From assembly GCA_963700635.1 (NCBI GenBank), contig CAVOYH010000004.1, positions 544,001 to 608,000 on the forward strand: a stretch of 64,000 bases of DNA, read 5' to 3'. This document shows, one piece after another, positions 1-11,305 of the stretch; the first letter of the stretch is position 1, and each line of letters begins with the position of its first letter. A program made the translations under genes and the position numbers. The notes below the pieces were generated by a model, which was not told where the DNA came from, searched no databases, and was given only the letters and a program-made list of their open reading frames with translations. This DNA is from an uncultured Bacteroidota bacterium (GTDB lineage Bacteria; Bacteroidota; Ignavibacteria; UBA10030; UBA6906).

Positions 1-945
1 CCAGCGGAATGCGGCTGACGTTACTCTTGAGCCAGCTTTCAAATGTCTGCAATGCCGGATTTAATTCCCGGGAGACCTCGATGCTGCGCGCACCGCAGTA
101 GTCCTGCTCAAAGTCGCGCTTGAACTGGAACATATTCCCCATCTCCTCGGCTCCCGGAAAACCAAAACCGCGGTACACGTCAGGTGGAACGTCGTTGTAG
201 CGTACCTCCCGTCCAAGCGCTCTGGTCAGAGCGGCGGCCATCTGTGCGCCGGTCAGGTGTTCCCCGGCAATCCCGACTGTCTTCCCGACAAATTCGCGAC
301 CCTTCTTGAAAATCCCGTACGCGCACCGGCCGATGTCTTCGGATGAGATCCCGGGGAGTTTTTTGTCACCCATGGGGAACGTGATGCCCAGCTTGCCGTC
401 CGGACCTTTCTGCGGACCGGCCCCGAAGTAGATAAGGTTTTCCCAGTAAAATGATGTAAGCAAAAACGTCGTCGGGACGCCGAGGTCTCTGAAGACATGA
501 TCTGCTTCGCTTTTTCCATCAAAGTGAGCCACTTTGTATTTGCCCATGAGTGTCGGCATCCGGTTGTCGGTCAGGGGCACCCACTTGCGCGTATCCTCGA
601 AGGTTGACCAGATGGCGTGCTGCACACCGGCCGCCCTCGCTGCCCGTGCCATGGCCGTCGCATTGGCGATCTCCGTCTCCGGTGAAAAATGGCCCAGAAA
701 AAGGTGACGCAAAAAACTCCGTGCGCGCCCTTGAATGCCCGCTCCAGACTCGCTTCGTCATTGACATCAGCTGCGACGACGTCGGCGCCCAGCTTCGCCA
801 GGGCCTTGGCTTTATCAGAATTGATGTCTCGTGTCAGTGCCCGTACTGTGAAAGCGCTGTGAGGGTCGCTCATGATGGCGCGGACCAGACCGCCTCCCTG
901 GGCGCCGGTGGCACCGACTACCGCAATGATCTTCTTCTCTGCCAT
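1..945 (-). CDS. NmrA/HSCARG family NAD(P)-binding protein (frameshift near 691; runs off window start)
   Basis: N-terminal Rossmann motif IAVVGATGAQGGGLVRA. After adding one base near 691 the frame continues FSPETEIANA...HAIWSTFEDTRKW...KYKVAHFDGK...TSFYWEN...GFPGAEEMGNMFQF to the window edge. Confidence 0.85.
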
Positions 946-1102
946 GGTCTTTTCCTCTCGTAGGTGGACATGATTGTGTACTTCGTGTCAACTAACCATT
1001 CAAACCCTTTTTGCCCTGTGATGGTTCCCTGAGGATGTCACGGTTCACGCGGAGAGAGAGTGTTGACCAGAGTCCGATTGACTCTGCAGGCGGGATCCGT
1101 AT

Positions 1103-1131
1103 TTGACCTTAGGTGGGGGAGGTGCTATATT
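1103..1131 (+). promoter_or_regulatory. sigma70-like promoter for the DUF362 gene
   Basis: TTGACC-17 bp-TATATT, with TG just upstream of the -10 element, 55 bp before the ATG at 1186. Confidence 0.6.
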
Positions 1132-1185
1132 GCTCCATAGTGTAAACAGAAAGCCGTGTCACACACTTCCAGGGGGTGCCTCCAG

Positions 1186-2769
1186 ATGTTCACGCGCCGT
1201 TCTTTCCTCCAATCTCTGGCCGCAAGCAGTGCGACACTCGCGCTTGTGCCACGGGAGATCCTGGCCGGTACATGGAAAACCACCGCCGACTATTTCGGCG
1301 TGCACCCCTTCATCGAGGCAAATCCAACGGCAGTGTTCATTATGCGTACCGCTGTGGACGCCAAGACCAACTCCGCAGCGGTCAAGCAGGCAGGCCTGAC
1401 GTTTGGATCGTCTGTGTTTGTCGGAGGCACGACCGGGGGAGTTCCGATCTCGCACCGGGTAGTCATTAAACCGAACATTGTCATGATGCCCAATACCGAT
1501 GTCGATAATATGGGCATCGTTACCGACGCGCACTTCGTCGAGGGGGTTATTGAAAGTCTGAAACTGCTCGGCCTGCAGTCAAACCAATTCTACCTTCGTG
1601 AAGTGAATGATCCCGGCCAATTTGCCAATAGTGGATATGCGCAGATGGCGGAGCGCACAGGTGCAGATCTCCGCAAACTCGATGACCCGATTGGCGTCAT
1701 CGCCGAATCGGATCTCCAGTGGGTCGATGTTCCGGGGGGACGCTGGTTCACAAGAATCCCGTTCCTCTGGCCGGTGAACGCTCCCGACACCTGGCTTCTG
1801 AATATCGCCAAGCTAAAGACTCATCTTATGGGAATGACCCTGTGTGCCAAGAACATTCAGGGCGCCATTGCTACGCCGTATGTGCAGCATTGTATCCGGT
1901 ACAATGACAACATGAACATGGCCCCCGAGCACATCCAGGCTGGAGCGAAGGCGCGCATCCTGGAGGACTATACACGCCACCGTGGTGAAGGGGTACCACG
2001 CTGGGACCGACCTGGGGAAGAGGGTGGAATATGGCAGGAAACCTGGGCAGCACGGTGCATGGATAACAATTCGGTCACACACGCGGGGCTCAATATTATT
2101 GAGGCGGTCTACGGGCGTGAAGGACCGTTCACGTACGGTCCCTCCCCGGAGGGGAAGGGGATCGACCATCTCTCAAACATGATCATTTTTGGGAAGAATC
2201 CATTTCATGTCGATACGGTGGGCTACTGGCTTGCAGGTCACGAGCCGGGAAACCTCGGTGTTCTGCATATCGCGCGGGAGCAGGGATTGTCGACCATCCT
2301 CAACCCAGCATCTATTCCTGTGTTTGAATGGAAAGCTGATGGATCCGCCGTGCCCACACCTCTGAACAGTTTTGACCGGTATCCATTACGCACCCAGTAT
2401 CTCCGGAGAGACTACAACGGCCAGCTGGAGGATGAATGGCATCTGCTCAACGAGCCGTACGTGTACGGGACCACGTACGCAGATGGGTTAACGGCCACGA
2501 CGCCGAAGTCTTTTCTGCTCCGCCAGAACTTCCCCAATCCATTCAACCCCTCCACCTCCATTCAGTTTGAGTTACCCCGCCCGGGACATGTCCGGCTTGA
2601 GGTGACAGATATTCGCGGCCTGGTTGTGGATCTCCTGCTGGACGAGTTCAGGGCAGCCGGGTCACACCTGGTTCGATGGGACGCAAGGCGTAACGCCTCC
2701 GGTGTGTACTTCTGCCGCGCGATGTATGGCGGATCAAGTCTGGTAAAGAGCATGATGCTGGTCCGTTGA
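1186..2769 (+). CDS. DUF362 domain protein with Tat signal and T9SS C-terminal sorting domain
   Basis: MFTRRSFLQSLAA twin-arginine signal; VVIKPN and NIAKLKTH..GMTLCAKNIQG DUF362 motifs; C-terminal QNFPNPFNPST...SGVYF. Confidence 0.8.
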   Translation: MFTRRSFLQSLAASSATLALVPREILAGTWKTTADYFGVHPFIEANPTAVFIMRTAVDAKTNSAAVKQAGLTFGSSVFVGGTTGGVPISHRVVIKPNIVMMPNTDVDNMGIVTDAHFVEGVIESLKLLGLQSNQFYLREVNDPGQFANSGYAQMAERTGADLRKLDDPIGVIAESDLQWVDVPGGRWFTRIPFLWPVNAPDTWLLNIAKLKTHLMGMTLCAKNIQGAIATPYVQHCIRYNDNMNMAPEHIQAGAKARILEDYTRHRGEGVPRWDRPGEEGGIWQETWAARCMDNNSVTHAGLNIIEAVYGREGPFTYGPSPEGKGIDHLSNMIIFGKNPFHVDTVGYWLAGHEPGNLGVLHIAREQGLSTILNPASIPVFEWKADGSAVPTPLNSFDRYPLRTQYLRRDYNGQLEDEWHLLNEPYVYGTTYADGLTATTPKSFLLRQNFPNPFNPSTSIQFELPRPGHVRLEVTDIRGLVVDLLLDEFRAAGSHLVRWDARRNASGVYFCRAMYGGSSLVKSMMLVR

Positions 2770-2915
2770 TCGCAGCTCTTGCACCAGAGGTCCCGGCAAC
2801 ATATATTGTACAGCGTTTCTGTCTCCTGTTCTTACCACACGTCAGGGTCTCCCCGGGAATCCGGGAAGGCGATTCGTCCGTAAATGTTGTTGAGTACAAA
2901 ACGGAGCTTTACCGC

Positions 2916-4079
2916 ATGACCACGCATCGCTGGACTGAAGATTTCCTGAACCGGCTCCGGAGAGAATCCGATCCCCACGCCGATGAGGCCCTCCGCCGTA
3001 TCGTCGCGGACCAGGAGGCGAACGCGATCCGCGCCGTGTTCAGCCGGATGAACTCGAATGATGACATTCCCATCGGAAGCACCTTTCCCGTCCTTGCAGA
3101 CTTCTTCCAGACGACCGGCAATCTTCCTCCGGACGTTGACCCTGACCGGATCCGGCGAGGCGAGGAGGTCTTTCGTCGCCATGTGTTTGCGGGTGCTCTG
3201 GTGCTGCTCACGAAAAGCCTCCCCGAAGGGTACCAGGCCCCCAATCTTTCCATAATCCTGAACATATCAGGACAACTCAGAACCCACACGTACAAACGGT
3301 TGCTCGCAACCCTTCAAACGGTTGTAAACGTGTCAACCGGCGGGGGATTCCAGCGGGACGGACGTGCCATCATAACGGCGCAGAAACTCCGGCTTCTTCA
3401 TGCCGGCATCCGCCACCTTACGCGAAAATACCGTCCTGACTACGAATCAACCTACGGGATCCCTGTCTGCCAGGAAGATATGCTCGGTACGATTATGGGA
3501 TTCTCGTTGCTTGTTCTTGAGGGCTGGCGCACACTCGGGGCGGGGTTGAGCCGGGAGGAAGAAGAAGACTATCTGTATCTCTGGCTGGTGTTCGCCCGTA
3601 TGATGGGAGTGCACCCTGCCGGAGAACACAACAGTCGGGCGTACATCCCCGATAACGTCGACGATGCCGCGGTCTTTTACCGTGCGTATCAGCGCCGCCA
3701 CTACGTGCAATCACTGCACAATCCCGATGGAGTGGATCTGGCGAAAGCCAACCTTGCGATGTTGAAGGGTCAGATTCCGCTCCTCTTTCGTTTATTCGGT
3801 TTCGGGATCCTTCCGAGACTTTGTATGCAGGAACTCTTGGGAAGCGAAGCGTGTGCCCGGCTTGACATGACGCAGGTGAGGGGGCATGCGCTGCTCAAGT
3901 GGATATTGACCCATATCCATGCGCTTGTGAGTCCCGAAGCGCGTGCGCTGAGTCGGATTGAGGAACGGTTCGGATTGATTATTTTCCAGGACATGATCAA
4001 CGTCGCATATGACGGCGAGGTGACGTTCACCGTTCCGGAAAACTTGCGGCAGCTCAAGACCATGACCTACGACACGTGA
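2916..4079 (+). CDS. DUF2236 / MpaB / Lcp-like heme oxygenase family protein
   Basis: DPHAD at the N-terminus, SLPEGY, KRLLAT (Arg/Thr), LRLLHAGIRH (heme His), PVCQEDMLGT; RBS GGAG before ATG 2916. Confidence 0.85.
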   Translation: MTTHRWTEDFLNRLRRESDPHADEALRRIVADQEANAIRAVFSRMNSNDDIPIGSTFPVLADFFQTTGNLPPDVDPDRIRRGEEVFRRHVFAGALVLLTKSLPEGYQAPNLSIILNISGQLRTHTYKRLLATLQTVVNVSTGGGFQRDGRAIITAQKLRLLHAGIRHLTRKYRPDYESTYGIPVCQEDMLGTIMGFSLLVLEGWRTLGAGLSREEEEDYLYLWLVFARMMGVHPAGEHNSRAYIPDNVDDAAVFYRAYQRRHYVQSLHNPDGVDLAKANLAMLKGQIPLLFRLFGFGILPRLCMQELLGSEACARLDMTQVRGHALLKWILTHIHALVSPEARALSRIEERFGLIIFQDMINVAYDGEVTFTVPENLRQLKTMTYDT

Positions 4080-4086
4080 GGGACTC

Positions 4087-4767
4087 ATGCTCGGCAACCT
4101 CGTAAATCTTTCCAGTTACACCCCGCTTGAACTCATTCTCTTCGGGGTCGGGTGTTATATGTGGGTTGTTGTGTATGCGATCTATATCAAAGAAATCCGG
4201 GAGCGGAAATGTATCGGCATGCCGGTGTTTGCCGCGTGCAGTAATTTTGGCTGGGAGATCGTCTGGGGAGTTATTCCGCCGTCCACGGACATGGGACCTC
4301 TCCTTGTCTGGGCCTACCGTGCATGGTTCTTTCTGGACCTCTACATCATGTACGGGGTCTACCGCTACGGCTCGGATCAGATCACGGTACCGGCGATAAA
4401 AAAAGCATTCAAACCGCTTGTCCTGGTCACGGTTGCCGGGTGGACAATCGTGTACTACCTGTTCAAGTCGGGAGGATACGACACGCCGATCGGCGCCACT
4501 TCCGCGTACATTGCCCAGATGTTCATCTCCGTCCTGTACCTTGTGCTCCTGCTTCGTCACCAGAAACTGGTCTGGCAGTCGTTGAGTATTTCCTGGCTCC
4601 GGATGATCGGCACAGGGTTGAACACCATATTCCTGTTTCTCCACTATCCGCATCTGCACTTTCTCCTCTCTCTGGGAGTAATGGCGCTGATCATCGACAA
4701 TGTCTATCTCTACCTCTTCCTCAAAGGCCGAAAAGGAAACGTGGGTGAGCCTGCTCCACTCAGGTGA
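4087..4767 (+). CDS. Pyr4/PaxB-like integral-membrane (transmembrane-type) terpene cyclase homologue
   Basis: About 7 TM helices; motifs W..VY, MP..A...NFGWE, WFFLD, QS....W.RMIGT and a final-helix Asp (IIDNVY). Confidence 0.7.
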   Translation: MLGNLVNLSSYTPLELILFGVGCYMWVVVYAIYIKEIRERKCIGMPVFAACSNFGWEIVWGVIPPSTDMGPLLVWAYRAWFFLDLYIMYGVYRYGSDQITVPAIKKAFKPLVLVTVAGWTIVYYLFKSGGYDTPIGATSAYIAQMFISVLYLVLLLRHQKLVWQSLSISWLRMIGTGLNTIFLFLHYPHLHFLLSLGVMALIIDNVYLYLFLKGRKGNVGEPAPLR

Positions 4768-7700
4768 TATTCCGGGTTACACCATTGACAACGAGCTGTA
4801 CCGCGGCAATCACACTGTTGTTGTCCGGGGTCGACGCCGACCCGACGGACATCCCGTAGTCCTCAAAACCCTTCAGCCCTCCGGTGCTCCATTCAGTGAA
4901 GCGCTCCGCCTCCACCATGAATACGAAATCATAAGAGGGATACAGAGTACGCAGGTTATTCAGGCCGTCGGGTTCGAGAGGCATGAAGGTGTTCACGCGC
5001 TGGTGCTCGAAGACTTCGGAGGGTTGTCGCTCAACAGACATCTGGCGACGACCCGTGTGGATATCCTCTCGTTCCTTCAGATTGCGATCCAGCTCGCGGA
5101 GGGGCTGAAGGATATTCATGCGGCCAATGTGATCCACAAGGACATCAATCCGTCAAATATCGTCATCAATCCTTCCACAGGGCAGGTGAAGATTATTGAC
5201 TTTGGTATCGCCTCTCCTCTCCCGATGGAAAGTGCCCGGACCTTCCAGCCGCGGTTTCTTGAAGGAACCCTTGCGTACATCTCGCCTGAACAGACAGGGA
5301 GGATGAACAGGTCTCTTGATTACCGGAGCGATTTTTATTCGCTTGGCGTGACGCTCTACGAGATGCTCATCGGATGGCTGCCGTTTCCCTCTGGTGACCC
5401 TATGGAGATGCTTCACTCTCACATCGCCCGCATTCCCCGGATCCCGTCCGAATTGAACCCGGCGCTCCCGCGTGCGCTCTCGGCGATCGTGATGAAGCTC
5501 CTGGCTAAAACGGCGGAGGAGCGTTATCGTAGCGCTGCCGGGTTGAAGCACGATCTCGAAGAATGTGTACGGTTTCAGAAGGAGCGGGGAATGATCCCCG
5601 ATCTCACGCCGGGTGATCGTGACATATCGGACAGGTTTCGGATCCCGGAGAGGTTATATGGAAGGGAGCAGGAAGTTCTCGAGCTGGAGCAGGCCTTTGA
5701 GCGCACCAGCAAGGGTGACTCACAGTTATTGCTTGTCTCGGGCGGTCCCGGAATCGGGAAATCTGCGCTGGTGCATGAAGTCCAGCGATCGATCGTCCGC
5801 CACCGCGGATTCTTCATCGCAGGAAAGTGTGATCAGTTTAACCGGGATGCTCCCTACGCATCCCTGACTCAAGCCTTTCGCGGGTTGATCTCCCAGCTGC
5901 TCGCTTCAAGTCCCGCTGAGCTTGACGTCTGGCGGCTGAAACTCAAAGAAGCCCTCGGACCCAACGGCGATGCCCTTAACGGAATTGTTCCCGGTATGGA
6001 ACTTCTCGTCGGCGACGTGGCCCGGACGCACGATCTGCCGGCTGTAGAGGCGCAGAACCGGACGAATCGTGCTCTGTTGAGTTTTGTGCGGGCACTCTCC
6101 CGCCCCGAACATCCGTTGGTGATTTTCCTGGATGATCTCCAGTGGACTGACCGTGCTTCGCTGAGGATTATCCATCTCCTCCTGACAGATCCCGCTATGG
6201 AATCCCTTCTCCTTATCGGAGCGTATCGGGATGACGAAGTGGTGTCCCCCCATCCGCTGGCGGTTGCCATCGACGGGATTCTTGAGGCAAAGGGAACCGT
6301 TCATCGTATAACATTGGCCCCCCTGAGAGCGGAGAGCCTGACTCATCTGCTTGCGGACACGTTGCAGAGTGATGCAGCGCAGTGTGGGGGATTAAGCGAT
6401 CTTGTTGCTTCAAAAACCGGCGCAAACCCCTTCTTTGTGGGTGAATTCCTCAAGGCGCTTCATCAGGAGCGTCTGCTCAGTTTTAATGACGAACAGCGGA
6501 CATGGACATGGGATCTCGAGGCGATACGCAGGAAGGGGATTACGGAAAACGTTGTCGCGCTGATGACCGGGAAGATCCGGCGCCTGCCGGAGGAGACGCA
6601 GCATCTGCTGCGTTTTGCAGCATGCCTTGGCAATCGTTTTGACCTCGAGACGCTTCTCCAGGTCTCAGGCGAGGGGCTCGAACGTATAGCGGCCGGACTT
6701 ACGGCTGCTATCAAAGAGGGGCTCCTTCTCCCCATGGGGGATGCAACGCAGTGGATGCATGGTGCAGAGGCAGTGTCAGAGAGGTTCAGCCGGGAGCATT
6801 CCTCTCTGCGCGTGGATGTCTCCTACCTGTTCGCGCACGATCGTATTCAACAGGCGGCGTACTCGCTGATTCCCGCTGAGGAAGCCCCCGCAGTGCACTA
6901 CGCTATCGGGCAGAATCTTCTGCGTGCGCGCACCGACCGCCTTTTCGATGTCGTGGAACATCTGAACAGGGGAAAGGAATGTCTGGCAAATGAGCAGGAG
7001 CGTGTGGAACTCTGTCGTCTCACTCTGGCGGCGGGGAAGAAGGCAAAAGCTTCTGCAGCGTTTGATCCCGCCCTTCAGTATTGTACGGCTGGATTATCCC
7101 TGCTCCGGGAGGAGGATTGGACCAATCTTTATGACGTTGCACGGGACCTGCTTATGGAGCAGGGAGAATGCGCGTACCTTACCGGGTCCTTTGAGCTGGC
7201 GGAGCATTCATACGACCTTGCCCTCACACGCGCACGAACGGCGGCGGACCGGGGACGGATTTACGGCCTGATGATTGATCTTTTTATTCATCAGGGCCGG
7301 ATAGATCTTGCGCTGGAAACCGGAATCAAAGGTCTGAACGTTCTGGGGGTCCGGCTCGCGCCACACCCCGGCCGGCTTACGGTCCTGCGGGAGATGGCAA
7401 TGGTGCGTCTGAGGCTCCGGAATAGAAGAATCGGCGACCTGATTCACCTGCCCGAGATGACCGCGGAGGAACCCCGCGTGGCGATGAATATCCTGATGAG
7501 TCTCTTTGGTGTCGCCTATTCGCTGAGTCAGGAGATGACCGCCCTTGTGGTCGCCAGGATGATGAACCTTACCCTCAGGTACGGCAACACCGACGTTTCA
7601 GCCTATGCCTATGGCATCTACGGCCTCATCCTGAGAACCCTCGGTGCAGTGTCATCCGGATACGCCCTGGCACTCCTGGGGCTGGACGTGAGCGACAAGT

Positions 7701-10011
7701 TTGACAACATTCTGCTGAAGGGTAGATGTAATTTCGTCGTTGGATGTCTGCATAATCACTGGCACAATCATGCCCGAACGAATCCGCGCTATATGAGCGA
7801 ATGCCATCGGTGCAGCGCTGAAAGTGGAGACTTGCTTTACGATTCGTATGCCTATTCTCAGGAAACAATCGTCGGGATATTCACCGGCAACCCACTGGCC
7901 ACGGTATTCGACAAGGCCACAGAGTATCTCGGATTTGTCGAAGGCATCGAGCACAAGGACATGATTCACTACTTCGTCCTCGCACGCCAGTTTATCCTCA
8001 ATCTCCAGGGAAAGACGGAGGGCCCGGCTACCCTCACCGGGGAAGGGTTTGATGAGGAAGCGTATGTGCGCGAACTCGACAAGACCGGTTGGACCGCTCC
8101 ACGCATGTACTACCGCGCCTTGCGGATACAACTGTGCTACCACCACCGCTTATACCCAGAGGCTCTCGCGGTGATTGAAGAATCCTCCGCCCTCAGTCAC
8201 GCATTAACCGGCCAGGTCGTGGAAGCGGAGTTTGTTTTTTACCATTCGCTTACCCTGGCAGCGGCATGCGCAGGAGCCGATGATACCAGACGACGGATGT
8301 TTCGCGCAGCAATACGATCCAACCAGAAAAAGATGAAGCGCTGGGCAACATACTGTCCGGAAAATTTCCTCCACAGATGGCAACTGATCGCGGCAGAGCA
8401 GGCCCGCCTGGAAGGCGATGGTGAGACGGCCATGCGGCTGTACGATGAGGCCATCGCGGGGGCGCGGAAGCAGGAGTATTTTCAGAACGAGGCGCTGGCC
8501 AATGAACTGGCAGGGTGTTTCTACCTGGGGCTCGGGCGGGAGAAGGTGGCCCGGACGTATCTCTGGGAGGCCCGACAGGGCTATTCGCTCTGGGGGGCGA
8601 TGGAAAAAGTCCGCCAGATGGAAAATATGTACGGTCTTCTCGCCTCTCGTACTCATTATGGTTCATCGGCCGCGGGGCAGACGCGGGAACCGTCCACCGT
8701 CACGGATGCCGTTCCCGCGAGCATGGACCTGTTGTCGGTGCTGAAGGCCTCTCAGGCTCTCTCTGGTGAAATCGTTTTTTCCAGGTTGTTGCAGACCATG
8801 ATGACGATTGTCCTGGAAAACGCTGGGGCGCAACGGGGAGTCCTGGTGATGGAACGGGGGAACACGCTGGTTGTGGAGGCGGAGCATGATGTCAACATGG
8901 CGGCCGCGACCGTGATGCACTCCCTCCCGGTCGCACAGTGTGAGCGCGTCTGTGAAGGGATCGTCCGATACGTCGCACGGTCGCATCAGACCGTCGTTCT
9001 CCACAACGCAGTAGAAGAGGGGGACTTCATCGGTGACCCGTACATTCTCCGGGTGAAGCCGAAGTCTGTTCTGAGTATGCCGATCGAACACCAGGGGCGT
9101 CTTACGGGTATTCTGTACCTTGAAAACAATCTTCTCTCGAATGCATTTACGCCTGCCAGACTGGAGATCCTCCGGCTTCTCTCATCCCAGATCGCGGTGT
9201 CGATGGAGAATGCGCGCCTCTATGTGCAGGAACGCGAACTGGCCCGTATGCAGGAGGAAGTCCGTCTGGCCGCCGCGATACAGCGGGACCTGCTGCCCGC
9301 AGAGCAACCCGTGGTGCCCGGTTATGAAATCCTCGGTCGGAACATTCCTGCGCAGACGGTCGGGGGCGATTATTTCGACTTTATCCGGATCACCGGCGAA
9401 CGTCTGGCCGTCACCCTCGGGGATGTCTCCGGTAAAGGCCTACCAGCATCGCTGCTGATGGCGAATTTACAAGCCGCGCTCAGGGGACAAACACTCCATA
9501 ATCTCCCGGCCGCCGGGTGCCTGGCACGATCCAACCGCCTGCTCTATGAAAGTACAGGTCCTGAGAAATTTGCTACGGTATTTTACGCCATCCTCGACAC
9601 CGGCACGCACACGCTGCAATACTGCAATGCAGGCCATGAACATCCCTTCTTGCTTTCGACAAACGGCACACTCCGGACTCTGGTGACAGGGGGACGGCCC
9701 TCGGGTTCCTTCCTGAGTTCGCCTATGAGGAAGAGGCCGTTTCCCTTTCGGAGGGCGACCTCTTGCTCGTCTATTCAGACGGAATTTCGGAAGCGATGAA
9801 CCCGCAGGGTGATCTGCTGGGTCATCAGGCGTTGACGGAGATTCTCATGGCACATCAGGATCTTCCGCTGCATGAACTTCTGGACAGAATCGTTGCGCGG
9901 GTCCATGATCACGCCGCCGGCGCCCCCCAGTCCGACGACATCACACTGGTTGCCGTCCGACGATCAATTTCCTCCGGCTCTCCCCTTGCGAATAAGCCCT
10001 TTCTATCATAG
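4745..10011 (+). CDS. Ser/Thr kinase-AAA ATPase-TPR-like-GAF-SpoIIE (PP2C) multidomain signalling protein (frameshift in G-run at 9689-9693)
   Basis: HKDINPSN/DFG kinase motifs, GGPGIGKS Walker A, FLDDLQW Walker B, GAF domain (LYLENN), PP2C motifs VGGDYFD and DVSGKG; YSDG and SDDIT lie in the shifted frame (9763..10011). Confidence 0.88.
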
Positions 10012-10080
10012 ATTTACGTGACACGATACACAATTTCAGGAACCGCCTGCCACGTAACACACAAAGGAATATCAACTATT

Positions 10081-11265
10081 ATGGACCACTCTCAGAAACA
10101 CCATCCGGACAGACACGGATACCTTTCGGGAAAACGTGTACTTCCCAAACCGATCACAAAGGATAGCGACATTGCCAGCGTCATCGATAACATGGATGCC
10201 TACAATGGGGGAAGGCTGAGGGCTGCCTGCCAGCTGATGCGTGACAAGTACTCGAAAGAAGATGTCACCATCGGATTGAGTATCGCGGGGGCCTTAACAC
10301 CGGCCGGTCTCGGTCCATCCACCATCATCCCCCTTATGAACCACGGGTTCGTGGACTGGCTGGTGGCGACGGGCGCCAATATGTATCATGACATGCATTT
10401 CGCCTTTAATATGCCGTTGTTCCGCGGCACCCACACGGTTGACGACGCTGACCTGCGTGAAAAAGGGGTGACCCGGATCTACGATATCCTGTTTGATTAT
10501 CAGGACGTCTTGATGGCGACCGATCGTATCCTGCGGAAGATCATGTTACAGCCGGAATTCCAGAAGGAGATGGGGACGAGAGAATACTACCATCACCTCG
10601 GAAAGGTGCTCAACGAGTACGAACGGAAAGCCAATCTTGGCGAGGTCAGCATCCTGGCGGCAGCATACCGGAATGGAATACCGGTCTTTACCTCTTCGCC
10701 GGGGGATTCCACCATCGGCATGAATGTCGCGGGACTGGAACTCCTTGCTGAGGCGGCCGGGCTTAAAGAGCATTTTAAACTTAAGATCAATCCGAGTCTG
10801 GATGTCAACGATTCCACCGCCATCATCCTGAATGCCAAGAACTACGAGAAAGGGAAGACCGGCGTGCTCCTCATCGGTGGCGGCAGCCCGAAGAACTTCC
10901 TGCTCCAGACAGAACCGCAGATTCAGGAAGTGCTGATGATCCCGGAGGTCGGGCAGGATTACGATATCAACATCACCGACGCACGTCCGGACACGGGTGG
11001 TCTTTCCGGCGCCCCTCCCAGCGAAGCGGTGAGCTGGGGGAAGATCGACCCCACGAAGCTTGAGGAAACCGTGACCGCCTACATCGATGTGACTGTGGCC
11101 TTCCCGCTTCTGGTAGCGTACGTTCAGCAGACAACAAAGCCCAAGAAACAAAAACGTCTCTATGACCGGGGAGACGAACTAAGGGCAAAGTTGATCAAAT
11201 CGTATCTTGAGAACAACAAGGAAATAGAAGAGCTAAAATCCGTCATGAAGAAGCTGCCCGCCTGA
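10081..11265 (+). CDS. deoxyhypusine synthase-like protein (homospermidine synthase, SpeY-type)
   Basis: AGALTPAG, ATGANMYHD, SPGDSTIG, IGGGSPKNF, TGGLSGA..SEAVSWGK motifs. Confidence 0.85.
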   Translation: MDHSQKHHPDRHGYLSGKRVLPKPITKDSDIASVIDNMDAYNGGRLRAACQLMRDKYSKEDVTIGLSIAGALTPAGLGPSTIIPLMNHGFVDWLVATGANMYHDMHFAFNMPLFRGTHTVDDADLREKGVTRIYDILFDYQDVLMATDRILRKIMLQPEFQKEMGTREYYHHLGKVLNEYERKANLGEVSILAAAYRNGIPVFTSSPGDSTIGMNVAGLELLAEAAGLKEHFKLKINPSLDVNDSTAIILNAKNYEKGKTGVLLIGGGSPKNFLLQTEPQIQEVLMIPEVGQDYDINITDARPDTGGLSGAPPSEAVSWGKIDPTKLEETVTAYIDVTVAFPLLVAYVQQTTKPKKQKRLYDRGDELRAKLIKSYLENNKEIEELKSVMKKLPA

Positions 11266-11305
11266 TGGTTATCCCGTACCTCACATCCGTTACCTGGAGA
11301 ACGAT

